A DNA stretch of 64,000 nucleotides from a virus (lineage: Duplodnaviria; Caudoviricetes), in IMG/VR virus record IMGVR_UViG_2974766419_000001, positions 8,659-72,658 of that record; one strand, 5' to 3'. The position numbers were made by a program, and so were the translations under genes. The notes beneath the pieces are model-generated. The model made no database searches and had not been told where the DNA came from. It saw only the letters and a list, made by a program, of their open reading frames with translations. Each line of letters starts with the position of its first letter. The stretch's first letter is position 1. Shown one piece after another: positions 27,403 through 37,250 of this stretch.

Positions 27403-28251
27403 GTGGCAGTGACCAACTGGACTGTGACGGTCATCGACGGCAAGCAGTACCTCGTCATCGAGGTGGCACAGTTCCGCGTCCCGCTCGACTGGGACCCCTC
27501 GTCCAACATGTTCATCGCGGTCGCCGCGCCCGACGGCGGCCTGGGCAACTTCCCCGCCCTGGTGCGCGGCGAGAACGGCGAAACCCCTGAGCTCGATTCG
27601 GTCATCGACTTCACCCCGCTCGCCTGGAATGATCCGACGCCTGACTTCGCGTCGTGGACCGAGACCAGCGAGAACGTGTATCGGCTCAGCCTGGGCCTGC
27701 ACACCGGCGCGCCCGGCGACGCGGGTCCGATCAACCTGGCCGACGCCGAGGACCTGGCGGGTGCGCTCGCCGCGGGCAAGCTCATCGCCGTCAACGCCAC
27801 TGCCGACGGGTTTGAGCTGGTGTCACCGAAGGTCGGCGACATGTACTGGCCTGCCACCATCAACAACACTCCCTCCGGCAACACCGCATACACGCTGTGC
27901 CCTGTGCCCATCCCTGCGCAGCCCTTCGACTGGCGGCCCGAGCCGCAGGGCTGGTGCGTCATCACCGGCACCGGCCCCAACGTGCAGGCTGATCTGATCG
28001 CGCGGCTCGACAACGCGGCGTCCGGCAACATCGTCGGCCGCGGCCGCGGGCACGTCGGGCAGAACACCGAGGGCTTCGCCACCAACCTGGCGGCCGGTCC
28101 ACCGCCCGGCTCGGCTGCCGACTACAACAAGGTGCCAGCGGGCCAGGAGGCCGTCATCTACCTGCGTGTGGAGCGCCAGTCCGGCTCTGACACGTTCACC
28201 ACCACCGCTTCCGCCACCTACTTCAGCGTGCGGGTCCAGCCGATTCCATGA
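27403..28251 (+). CDS. minor tail protein
   Basis: Position and beta-rich composition. Confidence 0.8.
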   Translation: MAVTNWTVTVIDGKQYLVIEVAQFRVPLDWDPSSNMFIAVAAPDGGLGNFPALVRGENGETPELDSVIDFTPLAWNDPTPDFASWTETSENVYRLSLGLHTGAPGDAGPINLADAEDLAGALAAGKLIAVNATADGFELVSPKVGDMYWPATINNTPSGNTAYTLCPVPIPAQPFDWRPEPQGWCVITGTGPNVQADLIARLDNAASGNIVGRGRGHVGQNTEGFATNLAAGPPPGSAADYNKVPAGQEAVIYLRVERQSGSDTFTTTASATYFSVRVQPIP

Positions 28252-30758
28252 CCGAACCCGAAGGTGAAATCCCTGACTGGGTGCGCAAGGTACCCCGTCA
28301 GGTCAGGAAGCTGCCTCCCAATAACCAGTGGGAGGGCATCTCTGAGGAGATGATGCAGCAGCTGCGCGGGCAGCTGTTGGAGAGCATTCTGTCTGCCGTC
28401 GTGCAGGCCATCCGCGGGCTGTTCGTGCCGGGGCCGTTCGGGTCGGCGGCCGAGCAGTTGGAGCAGTGGGCGCAGGGCCTCGGCGCCGAGATCATCGCGA
28501 AGATCTACGAACTGACTGGCATCAACCTGTCATCGTGGGACGCGTTTCTGGAGTCGCTGTCCGACGGCAAGGGCATCGACCTGCCGTTCGTCGGCAACGC
28601 GCTCAACGCGCTGTCGGCGTTCTTTGGCGGCATCGACTGGGAGAACCCGCCCAGCCCTGGCGAGGTGTGGCGCGCTGTGGTGGCCGCGTTCATCCAGCCC
28701 CTGAACCTTCTGCTTGGGCCGAACTCGCCGCTCAACCCGGCGAAGCTCAACGAAAATCTGTGGCCGCTCGGCGCGTTCCCCAGCGATTCGGTCGCGGGCG
28801 GCGGCGGGTGGACGTTCGACTCCAGTGTGACTCGCACCGCCGGGTCGACCGGCTCGGTGAAGGTTGTCGCCGACGGCACGATGAAGGCGCTGCTGGGCAT
28901 CCCGGCTGCCGTGGTGGAAGATCAGCAGGTCGACCTGTCGGTGTTCGTCAAATGGGCTGACTACGTGGGCACCGCCGCACCCATCCAGCTTCAGGTGGCC
29001 GAGTACAGCGGCGTCGGAGCGTCAGCCAGCCGCGTCGGCGAGACGGTCGTCGTGTCGCTCGGCCCGCCCACCTCAGCAGGCGGGTGGTCGGAGCTGGCCG
29101 GCACCTACACGGTGCCCGAAGGCGTGGACGAGATTCGCCCGCGCCTGGTGGTGACGCAGGGCGCGACCGCGGGCACATTCCACTTCGATGATGTGGTCGG
29201 CCGCAACAAGCTGATCCTCGACTGGATCGCCAACCTGCCCGAGCAGCTGCAAGACCTGCTGGGCCGCATTCAGGCGCTCATTGATTCTGTGGTGCAGGCG
29301 TTCACCGGGGCCAACTCGCTGGGCAACAAGCTCGAAGAGTTCCTGTTTGCGCTCAGCAACATTCGACCTGAGAACATCGTCGGCGTCCTTGGTCCCGGCA
29401 CCATCGGCGAGGCCATCGAGAAGCTGGTAGACCAGCTCGTCTCCGGCATCGTCGGCGAGGACGGTGAAGGCGCGGGCCTGGCCGATCTGCGCGAGCTGAT
29501 CGAGAAAATCTCCTCCCAGTCGTGGCTCGGCAAGGCGGCGTTCGCGTTGCTCGGCAAGCGGGACAACAAATCGCTCAACGCTGGGCTGATCCGCTCAGAG
29601 CGGTCCAACTTCAACCTGTCCGAGATCAACGACTCCTTCACCATCGCGCCGGGCACCGCGCGGATCGCCTTCGACATCATCGAAGAGTCCATGCCGATCG
29701 GCGCTATCTCGTGGATCGGCTGGGGCATCGCGGGCATCACCGAGTTCTACGTGTACGTCTACCGCATCGGCAACCTCAACCAGCCGGGCGGCAAAGCTGA
29801 GCAGCTGTGGCAGTCGCCCAACGTGGTGGGTGTCCTGGAGGGGACCAGCTCACCTGGCGCATACAACCGCTGCCCTGTCGATGAGCCGATCGCCGCTGAG
29901 GCGGGCGACCTGCTGGCCTACGTGTTCGTCTCGGTCGGCGGTTCGCACACCATCCGCGGTCGCAGCGAAAACCTGCCGTTCGACAACTCGGCTGCCGCGC
30001 CGGTCGGTGCCCGCGGTGCCACCCACACCATCACCGGAGATCCCGACGCGCTGCCAGAAGAGCTCACCAAGGACGACATCGACTGGTCCAACGAGGTGCC
30101 GTGGGTGGGTATCGCGGTGGACATCGGCGACGGCGGCGCGTACCGCGACCCCGAGCAGCTTCAGCTCAACTCGGCCACCTCCCTGCCCATCCCGAACTGG
30201 TGTGACAGGGTGGATGTCATCGTGCTCGGCAAGGGTGGCAACGCGGCCGACGGGTTCGCCGGGTTCTACGGAAATGCTGGGTCGCCCGGCTCGTACAACG
30301 AGGTCACCTGGGTGCGCGGTGAACATTTCACCGGCACGACGATCCTCACCTACGACGGCACCGCCGTTTCTATCCCTGGATTCTCGGTGACCGGCAACAA
30401 CGGTGCGAACGGCGTCGGGCAACGCCTCGCCGTGTTCGGCCCGCCCGTTGGTCGCGGCCCCGGCAGCCACGAGTACAACGGACTCAAGGCTGTCGGTGGC
30501 GCGGACCAGACCACCCTCGGCGGAAACGGCACAACACCGGGCGGCGCGGCCAACGGTGGGCACTGGCTCGGCCTGTACACCCAAGGCGGCAACGGCGGCA
30601 AGGGCCGCGCCTGGATCCAGTTCCGGCAAGAGGTGGTCGGTGAGATCATCAGCGAGCCGGACGACACCCCACCGGACATCAGCGGCATGGAGGTCGAGGT
30701 CGTGTCCAGCAACACCAGCAGCATCACCCTGACAATCTCGGGAGCGGTCGATGCCTAG
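28248..30758 (+). CDS. minor tail protein
   Basis: 836 aa with a carbohydrate-binding-like middle and a Gly-rich C-terminus. Confidence 0.82.
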   Translation: MTEPEGEIPDWVRKVPRQVRKLPPNNQWEGISEEMMQQLRGQLLESILSAVVQAIRGLFVPGPFGSAAEQLEQWAQGLGAEIIAKIYELTGINLSSWDAFLESLSDGKGIDLPFVGNALNALSAFFGGIDWENPPSPGEVWRAVVAAFIQPLNLLLGPNSPLNPAKLNENLWPLGAFPSDSVAGGGGWTFDSSVTRTAGSTGSVKVVADGTMKALLGIPAAVVEDQQVDLSVFVKWADYVGTAAPIQLQVAEYSGVGASASRVGETVVVSLGPPTSAGGWSELAGTYTVPEGVDEIRPRLVVTQGATAGTFHFDDVVGRNKLILDWIANLPEQLQDLLGRIQALIDSVVQAFTGANSLGNKLEEFLFALSNIRPENIVGVLGPGTIGEAIEKLVDQLVSGIVGEDGEGAGLADLRELIEKISSQSWLGKAAFALLGKRDNKSLNAGLIRSERSNFNLSEINDSFTIAPGTARIAFDIIEESMPIGAISWIGWGIAGITEFYVYVYRIGNLNQPGGKAEQLWQSPNVVGVLEGTSSPGAYNRCPVDEPIAAEAGDLLAYVFVSVGGSHTIRGRSENLPFDNSAAAPVGARGATHTITGDPDALPEELTKDDIDWSNEVPWVGIAVDIGDGGAYRDPEQLQLNSATSLPIPNWCDRVDVIVLGKGGNAADGFAGFYGNAGSPGSYNEVTWVRGEHFTGTTILTYDGTAVSIPGFSVTGNNGANGVGQRLAVFGPPVGRGPGSHEYNGLKAVGGADQTTLGGNGTTPGGAANGGHWLGLYTQGGNGGKGRAWIQFRQEVVGEIISEPDDTPPDISGMEVEVVSSNTSSITLTISGAVDA

Positions 30759-32241
30759 CGGACTGCGCGGCTACAACGTCTTCCTCGACGGGGTGAAGAT
30801 CAACAACGATCCCATCCCCAACGGCGGGACGGTCCCCCTGGCGGGCCTGTCGCAGGCGACCGACTACTCCAGCCGGATCACCGTCACCGCCATCGACAAG
30901 GCGGGCAACGAATCCGAACCGGTGACACTGGCCGACCTGGGGACGACCGCCACGACGACAGTGCCCAGCCCTGACGATCCGCTGCCGGCCGACATCACGG
31001 CGGCCATCGACGCGCTGGTGGCGTCCAAGCTGAAGCCCAACACCAAGACTGATGGCGCGCTGGTCGGCATCGTCACGCCCAATGGCAGCTACTACAAGGC
31101 ATACGGCGGCGACCGCACCTCGGGCCAGACCCTGACCTTGGCGCACCGGACCCGCTACGGCTCCATCTCCAAGATGTACTGCAACACCCTGGTGCTGGCG
31201 CAGATCGACGCGGGCCACATCTCGTTCGATGACACCCTCGATCAGTTCGTGTCGGGGGTGGCCAACGGCGACAAGATCACCATCCGGCACCTATTGATGA
31301 TGCAGTCGGGGATCAAGGATTACCTGGGTGAGGACGCGGCGGTGCAGCAGTCGTATTTCCTCAACCCCACCTCGACGTTCGACCCCATGCCCTACATCCG
31401 CAGCTATGAGCCGATGTATGAGCCGGGCGAGTCTTCGTCCTACTCCAACTCGAACACGATTCTCCTGGGGAAAATTCTGGAGTGGTGTGACGCCGAGTAT
31501 GGGTCGGGGCGCGGCATCCGGCAGATCATCCTCGAGGACGCCTGCGCAACGCTCGGCCTGGACGAGACCGAGTGGCCGACCGGCAACTACCTGTCCCCGC
31601 CCTACATGCGGGGCTGGACGCCGAACCTGGCGCTGCCGCAGATTCAGGCGCTGCTCGGCCCGCTGGCGTTCCTGGCCGGACTGTTCGGCTATCCGACCGC
31701 AGCGGAGCTGGAGTGGACCGCGGTGTCGACCACCTGGGCCGGCGCGGCCGGTTCCCTCGGCGGCACCATCTACGACCTGGTGAAGTTCGGCGAGCATCTG
31801 CGCGACGGGACGCTGCTGTCACCGGAGATGAAGCGCAGGCAAGAGGAAGAGTTCGTCACCTACGTCACCTACGACCCGAAGGGGCCGTGGGAGGGGCCGG
31901 GGTGGATGGGATTCGGGCTGAACACCATCCTGTTCGGCTACTGGCAGGGCTGGATCGGTAACCTCGGCGGCTATATCTCGGTGCTGTTCTACAACAAGCG
32001 CGACGGGTCGATCATCGCGTTGTCGCTGAACAACTTCACCGCCGAGTCGGTGGACCTGTTCTACCGGATCGCCTACCTGCTGAAGCCGGAGGATTCGGTG
32101 CTGTCGCCGTGGATTCTGCGGCCGCGCGGCAAGATCGGTTCAACCTCGAAGGTCGGCAAGCCTGGCGTGTACGTTTACCACGAGCCAGGTGATGAAGACG
32201 GCAACACCGAAGTTCCCCTCAAGGTTCCGTTCTACATCTGA
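30751..32241 (+). CDS. minor tail protein, D-Ala-D-Ala carboxypeptidase/beta-lactamase-like
   Basis: FN3-like N-terminus (YNVFLDG...VTAIDKAGNES), SxxK (SISK), YxN (YSN). Confidence 0.85.
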   Translation: MPSGLRGYNVFLDGVKINNDPIPNGGTVPLAGLSQATDYSSRITVTAIDKAGNESEPVTLADLGTTATTTVPSPDDPLPADITAAIDALVASKLKPNTKTDGALVGIVTPNGSYYKAYGGDRTSGQTLTLAHRTRYGSISKMYCNTLVLAQIDAGHISFDDTLDQFVSGVANGDKITIRHLLMMQSGIKDYLGEDAAVQQSYFLNPTSTFDPMPYIRSYEPMYEPGESSSYSNSNTILLGKILEWCDAEYGSGRGIRQIILEDACATLGLDETEWPTGNYLSPPYMRGWTPNLALPQIQALLGPLAFLAGLFGYPTAAELEWTAVSTTWAGAAGSLGGTIYDLVKFGEHLRDGTLLSPEMKRRQEEEFVTYVTYDPKGPWEGPGWMGFGLNTILFGYWQGWIGNLGGYISVLFYNKRDGSIIALSLNNFTAESVDLFYRIAYLLKPEDSVLSPWILRPRGKIGSTSKVGKPGVYVYHEPGDEDGNTEVPLKVPFYI

Positions 32242-32252
32242 AGGAGAAGGAA

Positions 32253-32654
32253 GTGGCAAACGCGCTCTACGCCAAGTACAAGGAGAAGGTGCTCGCCGGT
32301 GGCGTCTCCTGGACCGGCGACAACATCAAGGTGGCACTGGTCGACGCCGACGATTACACCGTGGACCTCGACGCCGACGAGTTCCTGGACGACATCGCCA
32401 GCGGCGCGATCATCGCCACGTCAGCAAACCTTGGATCGAAGACGGTCACCGGAGGTGTGGCCGACGCAGCGAACGTCACGTTCACTGCGGTCAGCGGCGA
32501 CATTTCCGAGGCGCTGGTGATCTTCAAGGACACCGGCACCGCATCCACCTCGCCGCTCATCGCCTACATCGACGACGCGGATGGCCTGGCGGTGACACCG
32601 AACGGCGGCGACATCACCGTTATCTGGCCTGACGACGGCATCTTCGAGCTGTAA
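32253..32654 (+). CDS. minor tail/virion protein
   Basis: DNIKVALV...PLIAYID...TPNGGDITVIW. Confidence 0.7.
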   Translation: MANALYAKYKEKVLAGGVSWTGDNIKVALVDADDYTVDLDADEFLDDIASGAIIATSANLGSKTVTGGVADAANVTFTAVSGDISEALVIFKDTGTASTSPLIAYIDDADGLAVTPNGGDITVIWPDDGIFEL

Positions 32655-32657
32655 CTC

Positions 32658-33059
32658 ATGGCTGTCGTTGGATGGTGGGCCGAGGCGTTCGTCGCGACTG
32701 AACGCATCGCGTCGACGGCTGCGGTGGGCGCCCCCACGGTGGAGGTCGGCGCGCTTCCTGTGTACCTGGAGCGGATCGAATCGACCTCCGCGGTGCATCG
32801 GCCTGTCGTCATCGGCCCGCTTCAATTCATCGAGCCAGCCAAGATCGCGTCGAAGTCGTTGGTCACCTCGCCCGTCGTGGCGGTGGGCGGCGTGACCGCC
32901 GAGCCAACCAAGATCGGATCGACATCTTCAGTAGGGTCGCCCACCATCGAGGTCGGCCCGGTCTCCGTCGAGCCGGTGCGCATCGAGTCGACCTCCGTGG
33001 TGCACGGCGGCCGGGTGTTCCGCGCCGGTGTTCCCTACACAGTCCCCTTCACGATCTAG
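32658..33059 (+). CDS. minor tail/virion protein
   Basis: Internally repetitive (I-x-S-T-S-x-V-G-x-P) Val/Ser/Pro-rich ORF. Confidence 0.65.
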   Translation: MAVVGWWAEAFVATERIASTAAVGAPTVEVGALPVYLERIESTSAVHRPVVIGPLQFIEPAKIASKSLVTSPVVAVGGVTAEPTKIGSTSSVGSPTIEVGPVSVEPVRIESTSVVHGGRVFRAGVPYTVPFTI

Positions 33060-33068
33060 GAGAGTTGG

Positions 33069-33293
33069 ATGCCCGAGATTAACGGCCAGCAGTGGACCCG
33101 AGAGGAAATCCACGAGGCACTCAAGGACGGCCGCGTGGAAGAGGTGTGGCCCGGCGGCCGCTTCGCCCCGATCGACGCTAACGGCAACGAGGTGGCGCGC
33201 GAGGATTGGGATGGCGACATGGGCCGCCTGTGGTTTGCTGATGGCAGCCACGTGAAGATCAACTTCCGCCGCACCTACCCGGCAAAGAACTAA
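33069..33293 (+). CDS. hypothetical protein
   Basis: 74-aa ORF with RBS. Confidence 0.7.
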   Translation: MPEINGQQWTREEIHEALKDGRVEEVWPGGRFAPIDANGNEVAREDWDGDMGRLWFADGSHVKINFRRTYPAKN

Positions 33294-33305
33294 GGAGGGT
33301 CCGCG

Positions 33306-33494
33306 ATGGCACTACCCACCAACTGGGTCGATGAGATCGGCATGGAGGTGGATGCCGCCTACCTCAACGACGTCGGCGAAACCGTCAACGAGCTGGACGA
33401 CGCCCTGGACGGCAAGAGCCTCCGCGTCATGTCGCAGGCCACCTACGATGGCCTCGGCTCGAAGGACTCGAACACTGTCTATGTGGTGACGTAA
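33306..33494 (+). CDS. small virion-associated protein
   Basis: MALPTNW...SQATYDGLGSKDSNTVYVV. Confidence 0.7.
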   Translation: MALPTNWVDEIGMEVDAAYLNDVGETVNELDDALDGKSLRVMSQATYDGLGSKDSNTVYVVT

Positions 33495-34180
33495 TGGCGC
33501 TCAAGGTTGGCAGCTCCGACGTGGCCGGCGTGTACGTCGGCAGCAACATGGTCAAAGGTGTGTACGTCGGCAGCACAAAGGTGTGGGCACCGGCGGCGTA
33601 CGACAACTGTGCGGGTGCCAACGGTCTGGGCAGCGGCACCAGCTTCAGCTTCACGGCAGCCGCTGGTGCTGACGTGTTCGCGGTGCTGACCTATGACCGC
33701 ACAGCGTCGCCGGGCACGCCTACCTACAACGGCGTGGCGATGTCGCACTACATGACCCTCTACCACAACAACACCGCCAGCACGGGTGGGCTGATGATCT
33801 GGCGGGCGGCCAAGGCGGGCACCGGATCAGCCGCTACGGTCGTGTCGCCGTCGGCAGGCAGCGCCTGGTGGTCTTTCGCCGCCATCTCGTTCCGCGACGT
33901 GCACACCCTGCACACCCCGCAGACCGCCTACAACTACACCCAGAATCCGTCGGTTTCGTGGACCCTGGCTCCCGGCCAGGTCGCCCTGTTTGCGCTGGGC
34001 GGCGGCAACGGCGGCGGCTCAATGGGTGCGTACTCGTCCATCTCGGGTGTGACCACCAGGTACACGGCAGGAAACGCCGGTAGCTCCATTGTGGTGGCCG
34101 CGCCTGAAGCGTCCGGTTCGATGTCCTGCAGCGGCGCATTCCAGCACCGCTGGGCGAACATCGTCATCCCGATGAGCTGA
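33494..34180 (+). CDS. minor tail protein
   Basis: LKVGSSDVAGVYVGS...VYVGSTKVW N-terminus. Confidence 0.75.
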   Translation: MALKVGSSDVAGVYVGSNMVKGVYVGSTKVWAPAAYDNCAGANGLGSGTSFSFTAAAGADVFAVLTYDRTASPGTPTYNGVAMSHYMTLYHNNTASTGGLMIWRAAKAGTGSAATVVSPSAGSAWWSFAAISFRDVHTLHTPQTAYNYTQNPSVSWTLAPGQVALFALGGGNGGGSMGAYSSISGVTTRYTAGNAGSSIVVAAPEASGSMSCSGAFQHRWANIVIPMS

Positions 34181-34299
34181 TGCGCGCGCTCGGCTGTGGT
34201 GTGCTCGTCGGTGCGGCGGTGCTCGCCGCGGTCGGCTGGGCGCACATGTGGGGATGCCCGATCTTTGATGCGGAGGTGTTCGGTTTCCGAACACCCTGA
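34180..34299 (+). CDS. 39-aa membrane peptide
   Basis: MRALGCGVLVGAAVLAAVGWAHMWGCPIFDAEVFGFRTP, TGATG-coupled. Confidence 0.5.
   Translation: MRALGCGVLVGAAVLAAVGWAHMWGCPIFDAEVFGFRTP
34277..34293. repeat. 17-bp palindrome
   Basis: TGTTCGG-TTT-CCGAACA. Confidence 0.95.
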
Positions 34300-34311
34300 T
34301 GCGTTTTGAGG

Positions 34312-34328
34312 TGTTCGGTTTCCGAACA
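34312..34328. repeat. 17-bp palindrome
   Basis: TGTTCGG-TTT-CCGAACA, 20 bp before lysin A. Confidence 0.95.
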
Positions 34329-34348
34329 CCCCGCGTAGCATCAACCAC

Positions 34349-35593
34349 ATGGCGGCCACCAAAGACCAGGTTGCGCAGATCATCGTGACCGAGGCCAAGG
34401 CGCGCGGCTACACCCGCGAAGAGACCCGGGCCATCATGTCGATGTTGTATCAGGAGTCGCGCTGGGACGAGACGATCTGGGGTCCGTCCGGCAAGAAGAT
34501 CACCTACGGCATCGCGCAGCAGGACGGCTCCTACCCGAACCGCTTCAACGGGGCCGCGGCGCAGATCAAAGGCTTCTTCGACAAGTTCGACGTGTGGCGG
34601 CGCAAGCCCGGCGCGTCCGGCGACATCTGGCTGGACATCGCGTGGATGCAGCAGGCACCCAACTGGGAGAGTGCGGCCTACTGGTACGCCAGCGGTCGCC
34701 GCGCCTACCTCACCGAGATCAAGCAGCACATCAACACGGTGACCCCCTACCTCGACAAGTACTGGCCCAGCACCACAGGAGGAACGGTGGCCGTCTCAGG
34801 CGACCCGGTTTGGCTCGAAGATGTTCTCCGGCCCGCGCTCGGTGACCGGCTGCGCACCCTGCCCGGCTGGAAGACCGATGGTGTCGGCGGCACCATGAAG
34901 GAAATCTGGGGCATCATGTGGCACCACACCGGCAACTCCAACGAGAAGCCGGAGTCGATCAGCGTCGGCCGCCCCGACCTGCGCGGGCCGCTCGCCCAGA
35001 TTCACATCGCGCCCAGCGGCATCGTCACCATCGTCGCGGTCGGCCCCTGCAACCACGCGGGCCTCGGTTCCTACCCTGGACTGCCCACCAACAACGCCAA
35101 CCAGTACACCATCGGCATCGAGTGCGCCTGGCCCACTCCGCGCAAAGACCTGCCGCTGGGCTACGACCCGAACGAGCGGTGGCCCGACGCGCAGATCATC
35201 TCGATGCGCGACGTCGGCGCGGCCATCACCAAGCACCTCGGCTTCGACGCGTCGCGCAACATCAGCCACAAGGAGTGGGCCGGCGCAGCGCAGGGCAAAT
35301 GGGACCCCGGCAACCTGGACATGAACTGGTTCCGCGGTGAAATTCAGAAGGACATGGACGGGTTCGTGTTCCCCGGCGAAACCCCCGGTGAAGCGCCGCA
35401 GCAGCCCGGCCCGATCTTGGCGCCCGACTACACCAAGGAGGTGTGGGACCAGCTGCGCATCGAATGGCCGCAGCTGGGCGGGCGCACCCTGGTCGACGCG
35501 GTGGCCGCGATCGGGGAGAAGCTGGGCATCCCTGGCTGCTACGACGTGAAGGCCAGGACCTCACGGTTCGCGCAGCTCGACATCAAGGAGTGA
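34349..35593 (+). CDS. lysA: lysin A (N-terminal domain + amidase)
   Basis: Amidase_2 motifs WHHTGN, IGIEC, SHKEW, KWDPG. Confidence 0.92.
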   Translation: MAATKDQVAQIIVTEAKARGYTREETRAIMSMLYQESRWDETIWGPSGKKITYGIAQQDGSYPNRFNGAAAQIKGFFDKFDVWRRKPGASGDIWLDIAWMQQAPNWESAAYWYASGRRAYLTEIKQHINTVTPYLDKYWPSTTGGTVAVSGDPVWLEDVLRPALGDRLRTLPGWKTDGVGGTMKEIWGIMWHHTGNSNEKPESISVGRPDLRGPLAQIHIAPSGIVTIVAVGPCNHAGLGSYPGLPTNNANQYTIGIECAWPTPRKDLPLGYDPNERWPDAQIISMRDVGAAITKHLGFDASRNISHKEWAGAAQGKWDPGNLDMNWFRGEIQKDMDGFVFPGETPGEAPQQPGPILAPDYTKEVWDQLRIEWPQLGGRTLVDAVAAIGEKLGIPGCYDVKARTSRFAQLDIKE

Positions 35594-35594
35594 C

Positions 35595-36635
35595 ATGCGG
35601 ATCGGCGGCGAGTATGTAGGGCTGGGCCTGGGGGACGCCAGCGAAGAAATCGGCCGCATCCGCGACTTCATGCGTAGGAAGTTCCGCAGCTACGCGGGCA
35701 ACCTGCCTGACACCCGCAACGCGCTGGGCCTGCCGCTGTTCGATGAGCCGATGACGGTGGCCGTCACTGAGATGCAGGGCCGGTACCTCCAGAGCGGCGA
35801 GCTGCGCGACGGCCTGTTCATCTTCGGCATCATCAACGCCGAAACCAAGTACGTGATGGGCTACCTGGAGCGGCCCGCTGGGCCGGACAACCGGCCGCTG
35901 TTCATCACCGTGTGCGGCACCGGTGTGCCCTGGTGGGTCGGGCCTGACGCCGACACCGCGCGGGCCTGCGAAGACAGGCTGTTCTGGCAGCCCATCGGAT
36001 ATCCAGCCAAGAACTTCCCAATGGGCAAGTCCATCGCCGCGGGCATCGACCAGTGCCACGTGCAGTTCAACCGCGCGGACCCCGGCTTCATGCACCGCCA
36101 GCGCATCGAACGCAACGGTGTGGTGCTCGGCGGCTACTCGCAGGGTGCAGTCGTCGTGTCGGAGCTGTGGGAGAACAACATCAAGCCGGCCAACGGTTCG
36201 CTGCACTGGGCCAAGGACTACGTGGTCAAGGCGGTCACCTGGGGCAACCCGAACCGCGAGGTGGGCGCGGTGTGGCCGGACTACGGCGGCTCACCGATGG
36301 CCAGCCTCACCTCGCAGGGCGTCTCGTCGACGGGGATGCGGGACACGCCGTCGTGGTGGCGAAACTACGCGCACGCCGGCGACCTGTATGCCGCGGCCGA
36401 GCCGGGTGATTCGCAGCAGGACAAGAACGCCATCTGGCAGATCATCCGCGACCTGAACTTCTTCACCGGCACGGATTCCCTTCTGGCCCAGGCAATCGAG
36501 CTGTCCCAGATGCCGATCCCGCGCACCATCGCCGCGTTTAAGGCGCTGATCGACGCGGGTATGTTCTTCGCGAAGGGCACCGGCCCACACGTTGACTACG
36601 GAATTGGTCCGGCTATCGAATACCTCCGGTCCTGA
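35595..36635 (+). CDS. lysB: lysin B
   Basis: GYSQG nucleophile motif, TWGNPNR, YAHAGDLY. Confidence 0.92.
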   Translation: MRIGGEYVGLGLGDASEEIGRIRDFMRRKFRSYAGNLPDTRNALGLPLFDEPMTVAVTEMQGRYLQSGELRDGLFIFGIINAETKYVMGYLERPAGPDNRPLFITVCGTGVPWWVGPDADTARACEDRLFWQPIGYPAKNFPMGKSIAAGIDQCHVQFNRADPGFMHRQRIERNGVVLGGYSQGAVVVSELWENNIKPANGSLHWAKDYVVKAVTWGNPNREVGAVWPDYGGSPMASLTSQGVSSTGMRDTPSWWRNYAHAGDLYAAAEPGDSQQDKNAIWQIIRDLNFFTGTDSLLAQAIELSQMPIPRTIAAFKALIDAGMFFAKGTGPHVDYGIGPAIEYLRS

Positions 36636-36647
36636 CATGATGGGGGC

Positions 36648-36944
36648 ATGAGCCAGATGACCAAGCTGCCGGAAACCGCGAAGGCCATTGCCGGTGTGAT
36701 CGTCGGCGTGCTGAGCGCGGTGATCACGCGGGCCACCACGGAGGGCGCTGTGCTGCCCAGCTTCGAGCCGTTCGACACGAAGGGGTGGGCGCTGTTCGTC
36801 GCGATCGCGGCGCTCGGCTACTTCGGCGTGTACCTGCCGCCCAACCGCCAGAACGCCCGACAGCTGGAGGTCGGGCTGGGCAAGCTCACCCCCGAGGAAC
36901 GGTCTCAGGTGCTGAACACCTGGGCTGGGGGTGGTCCGCGATGA
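36648..36944 (+). CDS. holin
   Basis: Two hydrophobic segments and GVYLPPNR after lysin B. Confidence 0.75.
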   Translation: MSQMTKLPETAKAIAGVIVGVLSAVITRATTEGAVLPSFEPFDTKGWALFVAIAALGYFGVYLPPNRQNARQLEVGLGKLTPEERSQVLNTWAGGGPR

Positions 36945-37240
36945 GTCTGCTCGACACGCTGGCGCGCAACGAGGCGGTGCGCAAGCTGGCCCTGGAGGTG
37001 GCGCAGCGCATCGGCACCGTCGTGGCCGACCGGCTCACCGCGCTGCTGCCGGTGATCGTCACCGCGACGGTGAAGGCCATCGAGGATTCGCTGCGCTCGG
37101 CGCTGCCCGGCAAGCTGGACCTGCCCGACACGGCGACGCTGGTGGAGCAGGTGCGCGGGCTGGTGAACCAGCTGCCCGACGTTGACGTTCCTGTGGTCAG
37201 CGACATCTTTGACCTCACCGAATGGCTGAAGGGCAGGTAG
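36941..37240 (+). CDS. hypothetical protein
   Basis: ATGA-coupled to holin. Confidence 0.7.
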   Translation: MSLLDTLARNEAVRKLALEVAQRIGTVVADRLTALLPVIVTATVKAIEDSLRSALPGKLDLPDTATLVEQVRGLVNQLPDVDVPVVSDIFDLTEWLKGR

Positions 37241-37250
37241 CACAGGTGCC

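Noticed and set aside
5448-36206. Many long antisense ORFs (e.g. 5448-6566, 22216-24000, 25348-27702, 41721-43373)
   Set aside because: They are shadows of genuine genes in high-GC DNA, with no RBS, motifs or operon coupling.
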